From contig NC_017080.1 in the NCBI RefSeq assembly GCF_000284115.1, positions 990,001 to 1,022,000 on the forward strand: DNA of 32,000 bases, written 5' to 3'. This DNA is from Phycisphaera mikurensis NBRC 102666. GTDB taxonomy: Bacteria; Planctomycetota; Phycisphaerae; Phycisphaerales; Phycisphaeraceae. Under the pieces are notes generated by a model. It saw nothing but the letters and a program-made list of their open reading frames with translations, did not search any database and was not told the origin of the DNA. The translations under genes and the position numbers were made by a program. Of this stretch, positions 13,768-22,019 are shown one piece after another; position 1 is the first letter of the stretch; every line of letters begins with the position of its first letter.

Positions 13768-16497
13768 ATGCCCGATGCTCCTTCTTCCAACACGGGTGCC
13801 GCTCCGGTCCGCGCAGCCAGCGGCCGGCGGGTGCTGGTGATCGGCTGGGACGGCGCCGACTGGCGCTTTGCCAGGCCGCTGATGGAGCAGGGCAAAATGC
13901 CCCACCTCAGCCGCCTCGTGCAGCGGGGGGCCTCCGGCAACCTTGCGACGCTCAAGCCGGTGCTCTCGCCGATGCTGTGGAACTCCATCGCCACCGGCAA
14001 GCGGCCGGCCAAGCACGGCGTCCACGGCTTCTGCGAGGTCACGCCCGACGGCGGCGGCGTCCGCCCGGTGCAGAGCGGCAGCCGCACCTGCAAGGCGCTC
14101 TGGAACATCGCGTCGCAGGCGGGGCTGACCAGCAACGTGGTCGGCTGGTACGCCAGCCACCCCGCCGAGCCGGTCCGCGGGGCGGTGGTGACCAACCACT
14201 TCCAGCAGGCGGTCGCGACGCCGGAGGAGCCCTGGCCGGTGCCGCCGGGCAGCGTCCACCCCGCGGAGCTGGAGAAGACGCTTGCGGATCTGCGCGTCCA
14301 CCCGATGGAGATCGACCACGAGACGGTCTCCGCCTTCATCCCCGAGCTCGGGAGCGGCCTGGACAGCGAGTCGCCGCTGCTCAACCCGAAGAAGCACCGC
14401 AAGCTCGGCGAGCTGATGGAGCTGCTGGCGCACACCAGCACCATCCACACCTCGGCAACGTGGCTGATGGAGCACACGGATTGGGACCTGATGGCGGTCT
14501 ACTACGAGGGCATCGACCGCTTCGCCCACGCCTTCATGGGCTTCCACCCGCCCCGGATGGAGCACGTGCCCGAGGAGACGTTCCAGCGGTACCGCCACGT
14601 GATGGAGGCGTGCTACCGCTTCCACGACATGATGCTCGGGGCGACGCTGCGGCTCGTCGGCGAGGACACCACGGTCGTGCTGCTCAGCGACCACGGCTAC
14701 CACTTCGACCACCTCCGGCCCAAAGGTCCGGTGAAGCAGACCGACCCGGTGGCGTGGCACCACCCGCTGGGGCTGCTGGCGATGGCGGGGCCCGGCGTGC
14801 GGCAGGGGCAGACGATCCTCGGAGCGAACCTCCTGGACGTGGCGCCGACGGTGCTGAACCTGCTGGGCCTGCCCTTCGGCCTGGACATGGACGGCAAGCC
14901 GCTGGCCGCGGCGCTGGACCCCGCCGTGTCGCGCGAGCACGTGCTCAGCTGGGAGCTGATCGACGGCGAGGACGGCCGGCCGGACGCGTCGCGGGCGGCG
15001 GAGGCGGTGACCGACCCCGAGGCGGAGAAGGAGGCGCTGCGGCAACTCGCCGAGCTGGGCTACATCGAGCCGCTGGGCGAGGACGCCGAGCAGCGGGTGG
15101 CGCGGGTGCGGCGGGCGAACCGGCTGTGCCTCGTGCAGTCGCTGATGGATGCGGGCGACAATCCCGCCGCGGAGGCGCAGCTGCGGGAGATGCTCCCGGC
15201 GGGCGACCCTCCGGAACTCACGAGAGACCACGCGCCCGTGCTGGAGCTGCTCAACGAGTGCCTGCTCGGCCGGCACGCCCTCGACGAGGTGGAACAGAAC
15301 CTCCAGCGACTCGGGGAGATCCAGGGAGATTCGGGGGCGTCGGCCCGGACGCTCACCCGGGCGCGCGTGGCCGCGGCCCGGGGCGACGCCGAAGCGGCGA
15401 TGGAGATGCTCCGCGGCGAGGACGCGGCGGCGGCGGGAGCGCCCGCCTTCGAGCTGCAGATGGCCCAGCTGATGCTCGCGACCGGCCGCCTCGACGAGGC
15501 CGAGGCGGGCTTCGGCCGGGTGCTGGAGTCCGACCCCGACCAGCCGCTGGCGCTGGACGGCCTCGCCGCCGTCGCGCTGCGGCGGGACGACCCCGCCGCG
15601 GCGCTGGAGCACTGCCTGGCCGTGCTCCAGCGGGTCTACTTCCTCCCGCGGACGCACCTGCGGCTGGGCGTGGCGCTGCGGAAGCTCCACGACCTCGAGA
15701 GCGCCATCCTCGCCACGCGGGTCGCCCGGCACCAGGCGCCCGGCTGGGAGGCGGCTCGCCTCCAGCTGGTCTCGCTGCTCCACGAGGCGGGGCGGCCGGA
15801 GGAGGCCCGGGCCGAGGCCCGGGCGCAGCGGACCGACTTCGACGCCCTGGTCGCCGCCGACCTCGCCGCCCGCCGCGAGGCGGACGCCGCGGCGTCCCGC
15901 GACGGCGTGGTCACCGTGGTGTCAGGCCTGCCCCGCTCGGGCACGAGCCTGATGATGCAGCTGCTCGGGAGCGGCGGCCTCCCGTCCTTCACCGACGGCC
16001 GGCGGAAGCCCGATGCGAGCAACCCCCGCGGGTACCACGAGCACGCCGGCGTGCTCAGGCTCGCCAGCGACCCCGGCGTGCTGCGGGGCGCCGACGGCCA
16101 CGCCGTGAAGGTGGTCCACGCGCTGGTCGAGCACCTCCCGCCGGGTCCGCGCTACCGGGTGATCTGGATGGACCGGCACCTCGACGAGGTGCTGGCCTCG
16201 CAGGCGGCGATGGTCCAGCGGCTGGCCGAGGGCGCGCAGCAGCGGACGCCGCGCGACCGTGAGGCGCTGCGGCGGGTCTTCGCGGGGCAGGCGGAGCGGG
16301 CGCTGGGCCTGCTGCGGGAGCGGCGGGACGTGGACCTGCGGGTGGTGGAGCACGCGGCGCTGCTGGCCGACCCGGTCCCGGTCCTGCGAGAGCTGATCGA
16401 TTGGCTGGAGCTTGACGCCACGCCCGAGCAACTCGCGGAGGTCGTCGATCCCTCGCTGCACCGCCAGCGGCTGGAGACCGCGATCGACGCACGCTGA
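13768..16497 (+). CDS. Tri-domain protein: AlkP-superfamily type I phosphodiesterase/nucleotide pyrophosphatase-like domain, TPR region, and sulfotransferase domain
   Basis: The N-terminus VLVIGWDGADW...LSPMLWNSIATG...VVLLSDHGY matches AlkP/phosphodiesterase motifs. The middle (about 15100-15790) is Ala/Leu-rich helical repeats consistent with TPR. The C-terminus (about 15904-16494) has SGLPRSGTS (a PAPS 5'-phosphosulfate-binding loop) and WMDRHLDEVLAS (an R...S 3'-phosphate motif). The start is ATG 13768 or GTG 13744. Confidence 0.7.
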   Translation: MPDAPSSNTGAAPVRAASGRRVLVIGWDGADWRFARPLMEQGKMPHLSRLVQRGASGNLATLKPVLSPMLWNSIATGKRPAKHGVHGFCEVTPDGGGVRPVQSGSRTCKALWNIASQAGLTSNVVGWYASHPAEPVRGAVVTNHFQQAVATPEEPWPVPPGSVHPAELEKTLADLRVHPMEIDHETVSAFIPELGSGLDSESPLLNPKKHRKLGELMELLAHTSTIHTSATWLMEHTDWDLMAVYYEGIDRFAHAFMGFHPPRMEHVPEETFQRYRHVMEACYRFHDMMLGATLRLVGEDTTVVLLSDHGYHFDHLRPKGPVKQTDPVAWHHPLGLLAMAGPGVRQGQTILGANLLDVAPTVLNLLGLPFGLDMDGKPLAAALDPAVSREHVLSWELIDGEDGRPDASRAAEAVTDPEAEKEALRQLAELGYIEPLGEDAEQRVARVRRANRLCLVQSLMDAGDNPAAEAQLREMLPAGDPPELTRDHAPVLELLNECLLGRHALDEVEQNLQRLGEIQGDSGASARTLTRARVAAARGDAEAAMEMLRGEDAAAAGAPAFELQMAQLMLATGRLDEAEAGFGRVLESDPDQPLALDGLAAVALRRDDPAAALEHCLAVLQRVYFLPRTHLRLGVALRKLHDLESAILATRVARHQAPGWEAARLQLVSLLHEAGRPEEARAEARAQRTDFDALVAADLAARREADAAASRDGVVTVVSGLPRSGTSLMMQLLGSGGLPSFTDGRRKPDASNPRGYHEHAGVLRLASDPGVLRGADGHAVKVVHALVEHLPPGPRYRVIWMDRHLDEVLASQAAMVQRLAEGAQQRTPRDREALRRVFAGQAERALGLLRERRDVDLRVVEHAALLADPVPVLRELIDWLELDATPEQLAEVVDPSLHRQRLETAIDAR

Positions 16498-16514
16498 CTC
16501 CGCGGGAGCCGTCC

Positions 16515-17324
16515 ATGCCAGCGAAAGACGCCCCATCGCCCCGAACCCGCCGCGACCGCCTGCTGATCACCGGCGCCGCCGGCCGCATCGGCCGGCTGCT
16601 GCTGCCGGCCCTTGCCGATCGCTACGAGCTGCACGCGACCGATCGGGAGGCGGCCGAGCACGCGGGCGTGCCGATCCACCCGCTGGACATCACCGACGCC
16701 GCCGCCCTCACCGACACGATCGCCACGGCCGACTGTGTGCTGCACCTGGCGGCGACGCACCTCGGCCACCAGAAAGACCTCGGCCCGGAGGCGTACGTGC
16801 GGTCCACGGTCGAGGTCAACGTGGCCGCCGTCATCACGCTCCTGGCCGCCGCGGTCGAGCACCGCGTGAAGCGGGTCGTGCTGATGAGCAGCCTCACGAT
16901 CCACCTCGGCGAGCCCTGGCGCGACCGCATCCCCGCCGACGCGCCGGTGCGGCCCAACTCGCTCTACGCCTGCACGAAGTTGTTCGCCGAGCAGCTCGCC
17001 GAGCTTCACCACCGCAAGGACGGGCTGTCGACGATCTCGGCACGCCTCGGCCAGCCGTACCCGACGTCGCCCTGGTTCGGGCTCGACGCGATGAGCGACC
17101 CCGGCAACCGCGGCTGCGCCGCCACGGAGGAGGACATCGTCCGCGGGACGCTCGCCGCGCTCGAGACGCAGACCAGGCTCGCGGTCTTCAACCTCCTGTC
17201 CGCGTGCGACCAGCCGGTCTTCGACATGGACGCCGGCCGCCGGATCGGCTTCAAGCCCCGCGACGAGATGACCGCGGCGGGGCCGGTCGATCGCTTCCCG
17301 AGCAAGCCGCGGCTCATTCCGTGA
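16515..17324 (+). CDS. NAD(P)-dependent epimerase/dehydratase-family (extended SDR) protein
   Basis: It has LLITGAAGRIGRLL (Rossmann GxxGxxG) and YACTKLFAE (Y-x-x-x-K). It begins 18 nt after the upstream stop. Confidence 0.8.
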   Translation: MPAKDAPSPRTRRDRLLITGAAGRIGRLLLPALADRYELHATDREAAEHAGVPIHPLDITDAAALTDTIATADCVLHLAATHLGHQKDLGPEAYVRSTVEVNVAAVITLLAAAVEHRVKRVVLMSSLTIHLGEPWRDRIPADAPVRPNSLYACTKLFAEQLAELHHRKDGLSTISARLGQPYPTSPWFGLDAMSDPGNRGCAATEEDIVRGTLAALETQTRLAVFNLLSACDQPVFDMDAGRRIGFKPRDEMTAAGPVDRFPSKPRLIP

Positions 17325-17358
17325 AGCTTTGTTCCGCCCGCCGCCAATTGATCACGTG

Positions 17359-20070
17359 ATGAAACGTTCACGCCCGGAGAGCCCCGACCCGGCCAGCACG
17401 TGGAGCCTCGGGTGCCACGTCCCTCGGGGGGTGGCGGTCTCGCGACGCTCATCGCGCTCCTGCACCCCGCAAGCGGCGTGGCACCCGGCGTGTTCCCGCA
17501 ACGGCTTCTCCGAAAGAGCCTCTGCAATCCTCGGCCGGCTGTGCACGCTTTGCCTCGCCCTCTTCCCGCTCGCCACCTCCGCCGAGCCGGGTTCCACGCC
17601 GACCCGCCCGCTTGCCGAACTCCTCGGGGACGCCCGGCCGCTCGCGGCAACCACGGTGCAGGGGCTGGACCGGGCCGCGCTCCCGCTCCCGCCCGGAGCC
17701 CGCGGCGATCGGCTCACCCTCCGTCTCGCCGCGACCTTCCCGGCGTTCGAGAGCTTCGGCATGGTGATGGACCCGGAGGTCCCGCTGGAGCGTCTGAGCG
17801 AGCCCGAGCGGATGAGCGTCGCGGTGGCGTACGCCGACGGCCGCGTCGACGAGGCGGTGCCGTACGACGAGGCGGCGGGCGTCTTCGGCGTCGTCCGCGG
17901 GACGCGGGACTACGCGGTGGCGATCGATCCCGAAGCCGAGATCCAGAGCGTCGCCGTGATCGACCGCATGTCCACCGCCGCCTTCGCCGTGCTGGACGCG
18001 CAGGTGGCGGACGGGCCGCTGAAGCCGCGCGTCTCGCCGCCGTGGCTCCCGGCCGTGACGCCGGCCGAGCCCGCGTCCGTCACCGTCGGCTTCGACATCC
18101 ACGACGGGCTCCGCTGGGGCCGCATCGCCTCGGGCATGCTGCCGGCGGGCATCGACCTCTCGGGCCAGCCGGTCTTCACCATTGAACTCGAAGACGGCCG
18201 CACCGTGGGCTCCGACGCTTGGACCACGCAGCGCACCTGGACCGCGGGGACGACGCAGAACGTGGTGCTCGCATGGAGCGACGGCGGCGGGGCGGACCTG
18301 GAGGCCACCTTCTCGATCACCCGCGGCGAGGGCGACGGTGCCGAGCTGGCGCTGGCGATCGTCAACCGCGGGAGCGGGAGCCTGCTGGGCGACCTCCGCT
18401 TCCCGGTGCTCACCGGTGTGCGGCTGGGTGCCCCGGGCGAAACCTGGGGCTTCGCCTCGCGGACCGGCGGGGTCATCCACCCCGGCCCCTTCGCCTTCCG
18501 CGACGGCACCGGCGAGCGGCACCCGCTGCAGGTCGACGCCTTCTTCCACCCCGGTGCCGGCGTCACGCTGGCGCTGATGCCCCGCGACAAGAGCGGCCGC
18601 TTCCGCTTCTACGAGGTCGCGCTCGACGCGGACGGCGGCCGCTACGCCCTTGCCCACCCCACCAGCCGGCTGCACCCCGACGGCGTCTGGGACCCCGCCC
18701 CCGTGAAGGTGGCGTTGCTCCCGGGCGACTGGCGTGCGGCGCTGGCCGCCTACACCGACTGGACCGACACCTGGCGTCGCCCCGTCGCCGCGGAGGCGGC
18801 CCCCTGGTTCCGCCGCGGCTTCGACGTCCTCAGCGACAGCCCGGTGACCTGGCGGAAGAGCCGCGGGCTGGACGCCATGCTCGACTTCGGCCGCGTGATC
18901 GACGCGCAGGTCGACGAGATCGCGATCCTCCCCGACGTCTACCACGTCTTCGATTGGGCGAAGACCCCCGAGCACGGCCACTGGGGCGACTACGACAACT
19001 TCCAGAGCGTTGGCAGCCCCGAGCGTTTCGCCGCGTCGCTCGACGCGGTCCGCGAGAAGGGTGTGCGCGCGAGCGTCTACCTCGACGGCTTTCTCAGCTC
19101 CGACGCCGCCCGCCGACCCCGCGAGGAGGACCGGCTGGCCTGGGCGATCCGAACGCCCGACGGCGAGCCGAAGCAGTCTTTCGGCGACGCCAAGGCGATG
19201 AACCTGAACGAGCCGGGCTGGCGCCGCCACCTCGTAGAAACCTACACCCGGGCGTACCGGTCGCTCCGGCCCGACGCGATGTACGTCGACGAGATCGGCC
19301 GCTCGCTCGACAAGTACACGCACCACCCCGGCGACGGCAGCCGCGTGCGGATGTCCGCCGGCGAGGCCGACCTGCTCCGCGAGCTGCGGGAGGCGCTGCC
19401 CACCGACCTGCCGCTGTGGTCCGAGTTCACGCCCGCGGACGCCGCCTCGCAGTTCATCAACGGGAGCTTCAGCTACAACGCGCTGGTCGGGCACTTCGGC
19501 AACGACGCGTTCTGGAGCAGCGAGCCCGGAGAGGTGCCGAGCTACCAGACGCTCGCCCCGCACTTCATCAACCTCAACCGCTTCGCCTTCCCGGCGTTCA
19601 AGAGCTTCCACCTCGTCTCCTACCCGCACACCCGCAACGGCAACTGGACGCTCTACAAGGTGCCCTTCTTCAACGGCGACGGCTATTACCAGCCGGTGCG
19701 CGAATCGGAGTACATGGACGAGGCCTACCGGTCGTTCATCACCAAGGCCCTCGGCATCCTGCAGCGCAACGCCGACGTCTACGCCTCCGACGACGCGACG
19801 CCGCTGGTCCCGACCCGCATCCCCGGCGTCTACGCCAACCGCTTCGCCAGCGACGACGGGAAGACCGTGATCTACAACCTCTACAACGCGAACCACCACA
19901 CCGTCCGCGGCCCGGTGCTGGACGTCGCCGAGGCGGCCGGCTCCGTCGAGAACCTCTGGGACGACGCCACGGTCGACGAAGCCCCGGCCGCCGGCGGCGG
20001 CCGCACGCTCTCGCTGGCCCTCGGCCCCCGCGCCCTGGGCTGCCTGCGGATCAGCCCGCCGGCGGACTGA
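17359..20070 (+). CDS. Large secreted protein of unknown function (possible glycoside-hydrolase-like catalytic region)
   Basis: A long ORF with balanced composition. The hydrophobic segment LGRLCTLCLALFPLATSAEP looks like a signal peptide. The C-terminal half (VYHVFDWAKTPEHGHWGDYD, VYLDGF, MYVDEIG, LWSEF) is loosely reminiscent of TIM-barrel glycosidases. The start is uncertain: TTG 17329, ATG 17359 or GTG 17431. No canonical start lies just upstream of the hydrophobic segment. Confidence 0.6.
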   Translation: MKRSRPESPDPASTWSLGCHVPRGVAVSRRSSRSCTPQAAWHPACSRNGFSERASAILGRLCTLCLALFPLATSAEPGSTPTRPLAELLGDARPLAATTVQGLDRAALPLPPGARGDRLTLRLAATFPAFESFGMVMDPEVPLERLSEPERMSVAVAYADGRVDEAVPYDEAAGVFGVVRGTRDYAVAIDPEAEIQSVAVIDRMSTAAFAVLDAQVADGPLKPRVSPPWLPAVTPAEPASVTVGFDIHDGLRWGRIASGMLPAGIDLSGQPVFTIELEDGRTVGSDAWTTQRTWTAGTTQNVVLAWSDGGGADLEATFSITRGEGDGAELALAIVNRGSGSLLGDLRFPVLTGVRLGAPGETWGFASRTGGVIHPGPFAFRDGTGERHPLQVDAFFHPGAGVTLALMPRDKSGRFRFYEVALDADGGRYALAHPTSRLHPDGVWDPAPVKVALLPGDWRAALAAYTDWTDTWRRPVAAEAAPWFRRGFDVLSDSPVTWRKSRGLDAMLDFGRVIDAQVDEIAILPDVYHVFDWAKTPEHGHWGDYDNFQSVGSPERFAASLDAVREKGVRASVYLDGFLSSDAARRPREEDRLAWAIRTPDGEPKQSFGDAKAMNLNEPGWRRHLVETYTRAYRSLRPDAMYVDEIGRSLDKYTHHPGDGSRVRMSAGEADLLRELREALPTDLPLWSEFTPADAASQFINGSFSYNALVGHFGNDAFWSSEPGEVPSYQTLAPHFINLNRFAFPAFKSFHLVSYPHTRNGNWTLYKVPFFNGDGYYQPVRESEYMDEAYRSFITKALGILQRNADVYASDDATPLVPTRIPGVYANRFASDDGKTVIYNLYNANHHTVRGPVLDVAEAAGSVENLWDDATVDEAPAAGGGRTLSLALGPRALGCLRISPPAD
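17409..17487. repeat. Nested palindromic element (GTGCCAC type), copy 2
   Basis: cgggtgccacgtccctcggggggtggcgg (17409-17437) and tgcaccccgcaagcggcgtggcacccg (17461-17487) have the same arm sequences as copy 1. It lies in the 5' end or leader of the next gene. Confidence 0.8.
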
Positions 20071-20073
20071 CCG

Positions 20074-20119
20074 CCGCGGACCGCGGCCCGACAAGGGGCA
20101 AATCCGCGACGGTCCGCGG
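20074..20119. repeat. REP-like 46-bp palindromic element
   Basis: ccgcggaccg is at 20074-20083 and cggtccgcgg at 20110-20119 (36-bp spacing), starting 4 nt after the stop at 20070. Its interior ...caaatccgcga resembles the copy at 5933 (...caaatcccgca). Confidence 0.8.
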
Positions 20120-20182
20120 ATGAGACACCGAGTCTGGCCGCTCGTTCAGCAGCCGCGCCATCCGCAACGCGGGCATCTTCTC

Positions 20183-20509
20183 CGGGTGCCACGCCCCTTG
20201 GGGGGTGCGAGCCGGAGCAGGCACCGGCACGCCGCCGTGCCCTCGGATGCGAGGTGACGGGGCTGGCGGTTCCCGCCAGCCCGCTCCCGCCGCGGCGGCG
20301 GGAGGCGCATCGAGCAGAGGCCGTCACGGCGTGCCGGTCCCACGGGGATGGCGTCCGGCCGGTTTCGTCGGCCCGTCGTCATCACACCCGGCACGATCCG
20401 TCGGACCTGGGCGACGCCGCGGCGTCAGCTGCGAAGCCGCGTCGCGTGGATCGCGGGGTGTCGATGTGGTGTCGATGGCCCGACCACCCCGCCTCCGGCG
20501 TGGCACCCC
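20183..20509. repeat. Nested palindromic element (GTGCCAC type), copy 3, with arms about 300 bp apart
   Basis: The left arm is cgggtgccacgccccttggggggtgcga (20183-20210). The right arm is ccaccccgcctccggcgtggcacccc (20484-20509). It lies in a convergent 475-bp spacer. Confidence 0.7.
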
Positions 20510-20545
20510 GCGGTGGAGGAGGTCTTGCGTTTCTGAAGATCCGCC

Positions 20546-21862
20546 TCAGGCCCCGCCCGCCGCCCGCGCTTCCCGGGCCTCGCGGTCTTCTTTCTCGCGG
20601 AGGTGCGCCTGCCGGCGGGCCTGGGCCTCGGCGAGGATGCGGTGGATCGGCTCGGGGCGGGTGCCCTCGCGGACGTGCCGCTTCACGCTGGCGAGGGCGT
20701 CGAGCATCATCTGCGGGACGTCGTCCTTCGCCCGCGTGGTGCGCTCGCCCTCCGGCCGCCACCAGTCGTGGGTCTCGGTCCACGTCCAGACGAAGTCATC
20801 CGCCTGCCGGGCGTGGTTGTAGAGGCTCGCCTCGGTGAAGGCGGGCCGGTCTTCCGGCTCCACGAAGCAGGGGAGCATCGTGTTGAAGAAGGGCTCGCCG
20901 GCGAAGTAGTCCGAGTCGGTGAAGAGGTCGGTGTAGAAGCCGTGTGCCCGCCGCCGCCGCTCGACGTACAGCGCCCGGTGCTCTTCATCGAGCAGCGTGT
21001 GCGCTTCGAATTGCGCCCGGCGGAAGCGGTGGAGGGTCTCGGGCGCGACGTTGTAGTAGCCGTTCTCGTTGCCGTCGACGATCTGCGTCCCCGGCGCGAT
21101 GCCGTCGAGCATGCCGTCGTAGAGCGCGGGCATCAGCGAGTCGGGATCGCCCACGATGACGTCGGCGCCGAGGCCGAAGATCATGACCAGCCGCATGCCG
21201 GGCAGCTCCGACTGCAGCGCCTCGATGAAGGTGCGGTAACGCTCCCGCACCTTCTGCTTCACCTGCTCCCGCGACTTGCCCGGGTACCGCTCGCTCGCGT
21301 AGGTGAAGGGGTCGCTGACGTAGGGCTCGGTGTCGAAGAAGAAGCCGACCATGCCCGCCGCCGCCGCCGCGCGGCTGAGCAGGCGGAGGTTGTGGTCGAT
21401 CGTCTCCCAGCGGGCGTCGTCGAAGTAGCCGGCCGGGTCGGGGACCTCCGCGTCGATCACGTCCGCCTGCAGCGGGATCATGCTGAAGGGGATGCCGGCG
21501 GCATCGAGGTCCAGGCGCTCCATGTCGCTCATCCCCACGTTCGCCTCCGTCCAGCGGCGATCGTCGAAGACGATCGGAAATTCATTGGCGCCGCGGTGGA
21601 AGCCGTCGCCGGTGGGGGTGATGGCGATGCCGTCGAAGTCGCGGGCCCGGAAGCGATCCGGGTGGTCCGCCACGTAGCCGGCGTGTGGTGTGCTCCAGCC
21701 GATCTCGAAGAAGAGCAGGTCGCGGGGCGCCAGCTCCGGATCCGCCACCGACTCGGGCTTGGGATCATCGGGCTTGCTTCCGGACACCTCGGCGATCGCG
21801 AGCGGAGCCGTGCAGGCCGCGGCGAGGGCGAGCGCGGCGAGAAGAGGAGAAGAAGGGGTCAT
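20546..21862 (-). CDS. Secreted protein, unrecognised family, paralog A (putative glycosidase-like)
   Basis: It is 438 aa with the signal peptide MTPSSPLLAALALAAACTAPLAIAE. It shares GW, (D/P)FDG, FFFDTEPY, DGNENGYY, HGFYTDL and DWWRPEGERTTRA with ORFs 22020..23333 and 23320..24639, and more distantly with 24737..26623. Confidence 0.8.
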   Translation of the reverse strand: MTPSSPLLAALALAAACTAPLAIAEVSGSKPDDPKPESVADPELAPRDLLFFEIGWSTPHAGYVADHPDRFRARDFDGIAITPTGDGFHRGANEFPIVFDDRRWTEANVGMSDMERLDLDAAGIPFSMIPLQADVIDAEVPDPAGYFDDARWETIDHNLRLLSRAAAAAGMVGFFFDTEPYVSDPFTYASERYPGKSREQVKQKVRERYRTFIEALQSELPGMRLVMIFGLGADVIVGDPDSLMPALYDGMLDGIAPGTQIVDGNENGYYNVAPETLHRFRRAQFEAHTLLDEEHRALYVERRRRAHGFYTDLFTDSDYFAGEPFFNTMLPCFVEPEDRPAFTEASLYNHARQADDFVWTWTETHDWWRPEGERTTRAKDDVPQMMLDALASVKRHVREGTRPEPIHRILAEAQARRQAHLREKEDREAREARAAGGA

Positions 21863-21959
21863 GGGACGGTTCCAGGGTGAGAAGACAGCGAACGAACGAA
21901 ACGGCCTCAGGTACGACGCCCGGTCATTGGCATGCGGTCGCGTGGCGGGCGTCGCGAGC

Positions 21960-21983
21960 GGGCGGGCGGGCGGGCGGGCGGGC
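21960..21983. repeat. (GGGC)6 tetranucleotide microsatellite / G-quadruplex motif
   Basis: Six perfect GGGC units span 21960-21983, followed by aggcgggtgg. This gives seven G3 runs with 1-nt loops. It lies in the 157-bp spacer between the paralog B stop (22020) and the paralog A start (21862). Confidence 0.9.
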
Positions 21984-22019
21984 AGGCGGGTGGTCGGGAG
22001 CCGGCTCGGAGCCGCGGGG

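Noticed and set aside
20183-20509. Possible small mobile element or gene between the arms of repeat copy 3 (track ORFs 20205..20822, 20254..20838, 20146..20394)
   Set aside because: The internal ORFs are Arg/Pro/Gly-rich with no transposase-like motifs (no DDE or HUH signatures seen). No target-site duplication is evident by eye.
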